A DNA stretch of 63,322 nt, the filler included, from Lenisia limosa (taxonomy: Eukaryota; Protista; Breviatea): the NCBI GenBank assembly GCA_001655205.1. It is 8 parts of 8 records of this genome, joined end to end, with 100 filler letters (N's around TTAATTAATTAA, not from the genome) between each part and the next. Parts side by side here need not be neighbours in the genome. Positions count along the whole stretch, not along the records: positions 61,209 to 63,322 come from LPNZ01004006.1; 7 more parts are not named here. One strand, 5' to 3'. The first letter of the stretch is position 1; every line of letters begins with the position of its first letter. A model generated the notes under the pieces. It had not been told where the DNA came from. It worked only from the letters and a program-made list of their open reading frames with translations, and did no database searches. The translations under genes and the position numbers were made by a program. Below are positions 61,699-63,322 of the stretch, piece after piece.

Positions 61699-63000
61699 TA
61701 GTGTGAGGAGGCAGGGCCCGCAGAGGACACATCGTTGAAGATGAATTTGGCAGGAATCAAATGCAAGGTAGCAGAGTTGAAATGCTCATACGGCTTCCAG
61801 ATAAAATATTGTTTTAGTTGTCATCTCTACAGATATTTTGCCTGTCATGAATATCTATTCCATTTGGAACAAAACATATCATATGCATATGATATAATAG
61901 CGCATTCTTTACGTATCCTCCTCTCAAATATTTACTTACCTCTGGCATATTACTGGGCTGTAGTTTTATGCGTAGCTCCAAATATTTTAACGCTACTTTC
62001 AATTTTTCCAAGTCTCCGATGCTACTTGAATCCCCCCCTTTCATTATTATATCCCAAGCCGAGATTCAACCAGAAGATAAGTCTTCAATTATTCTTGCTT
62101 CATGAACTATCGATTATAAAGGATAACTCTTCTGACATTCAAGTATTATATAGTTCTCCGTACACTTCATTTGTTGAGGAAATTTGTTTACCCCACTTTT
62201 TGCTCATGTCACCAATTTTCAGATTTGCAAAACGTCAAACTGGGGTGTTAGACCCAACTCTGAGCTCCTCGGCCCTCTTCAAAAAGTGGGTGTTGGGGGG
62301 GGGGGGGNNNNNNNNNNNNNNNNNNNNNNNNNNNNNNNNNNNNNNNNNNNNNNNNNNNNNNNNNNNNNNNNNNNNNNNNNNNNNNNNNNNNNNNNNNNNN
62401 NNNNNNNNNGGAGTAAACTCGATTTTGGAAACATACAGGGCCGAGGTGGTCGGCCAAAACCAGGTGCCGTCTTTTCTAATGGAAGAATCTGGTGCTATCT
62501 GTTCTATATAGCTATAGCTATCTTTTCTATGACTCCACTGCAAAACATCATTTGAGTTTTTTAAACAGCCGCCAGTTTTAGATAAGTCCCTTTGTCTATA
62601 ATACCCTACATGTCATACTGTTATCACGATAAGTCATATTGCGACAACAAAATACAAATGGATACATAGGGTTTTACTTTTTCAGGCAAAGAAAGCTAGT
62701 GGTGCTGAAAAACTCACTCTGGATTTCTGAGCTCCTTCTAAGTCTCGCGCAAATGGTAATTGTTTCCTTATTATGGTCCGTTTTTCTCTACTCTGAATAG
62801 AGTGTTGTTCGAATATTGCGATTAGGGTTTCCAATGGTCGCAAAAAGACTGAATTTATCCTCGATAAATATAGGTGCTTTACTTTTCGTTCGGAGGGTGA
62901 GAAATGCACCTGGTTACTGTTGTCCATGTTGGTGTAACCAGATATACAGAGTTGGAGATCCCTCAGACAGTAGGGGACATCTCATATGGCGATCTTGTCA
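61699..63000 (-). CDS. Uncharacterised multi-exon protein, 3' part
   Basis: Exons KRRHLVLADHLGP, IGDLEKLKVALKYLELRIKLQPSNMPE and a terminal PYEHFNSATLHLIPAKFIFNDVSSAGPASSH-TAA. Confidence 0.45.
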
Positions 63001-63322
63001 TATCCTCGAACAACTACTATTCAATCTATATTTTACCATTTGCGTGGTCCCAACCAACATGATATGCTGTTCCCTTATGAAATTTTTGACACTTAGTCGA
63101 ACTCAATGTTTCCACGGTTTGAAATTTTCTATTTAGTCTCAAGATTCCCTCGCAACCTATTTTTTACAAACGTGCTAGGTTTTCTTCCTCCATTTTTTCT
63201 TTGTCTACCATTTCCCTTGTTTCTTCTGTATTTTATCATATAGCTAATACTTTCAATAGTATTAGGTGGGGGGACATGACCGTGTCCAGGGACATGACCG
63301 TGTCCACTTTTTAAAAAATTCT

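Noticed and set aside
61735-62511. 258-aa plus-strand ORF
   Set aside because: It starts at TTG, spans Ns, has intron-like composition and overlaps better-supported minus-strand exons.

Overview
Intron-rich DNA from an unidentified unicellular eukaryote, probably flagellated. The standard code is indicated: about 30 Gln codons in conserved exons are all CAA/CAG. It is a draft short-read assembly with artificial NNN-TTAATTAATTAA-NNN scaffold linkers and N dropouts next to poly-C/G tracts, so the ORF track is mostly uninformative and genes were rebuilt exon by exon by eye. Recognisable genes: a partial dynein heavy chain (-), ERCC1 with an apparent long C-terminal extension (+), ESS2/DGCR14 (-), a D-2-hydroxyglutarate dehydrogenase (+), a small SH3 protein (-), a STE20-family kinase (+), tRNA-Pro(UGG), CDIN1/C15orf41 (+), a Cys-rich surface protein (+) and an ABCA-type transporter 3' end (+). 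Several weaker multi-exon genes are also present, including a possible polycystin/TRP-like channel. The main discovery is at about 11.3-14.4 kb (-): an apparently non-protein-coding host gene with 35-62 nt exons whose consecutive introns each carry one box C/D snoRNA. There are 12 clear copies in 4 families, including a likely snR77/SNORD65 equivalent, in an architecture like the GAS5/UHG host genes. Also notable are a sense-only sequence family at intron 3' ends (introner-like), poly-C acceptor tracts, very relaxed donors and at least three short dispersed repeat/MITE families. Exon boundaries are manual calls, and rRNA target sequences are recalled from conserved eukaryotic rRNA, not from this organism.
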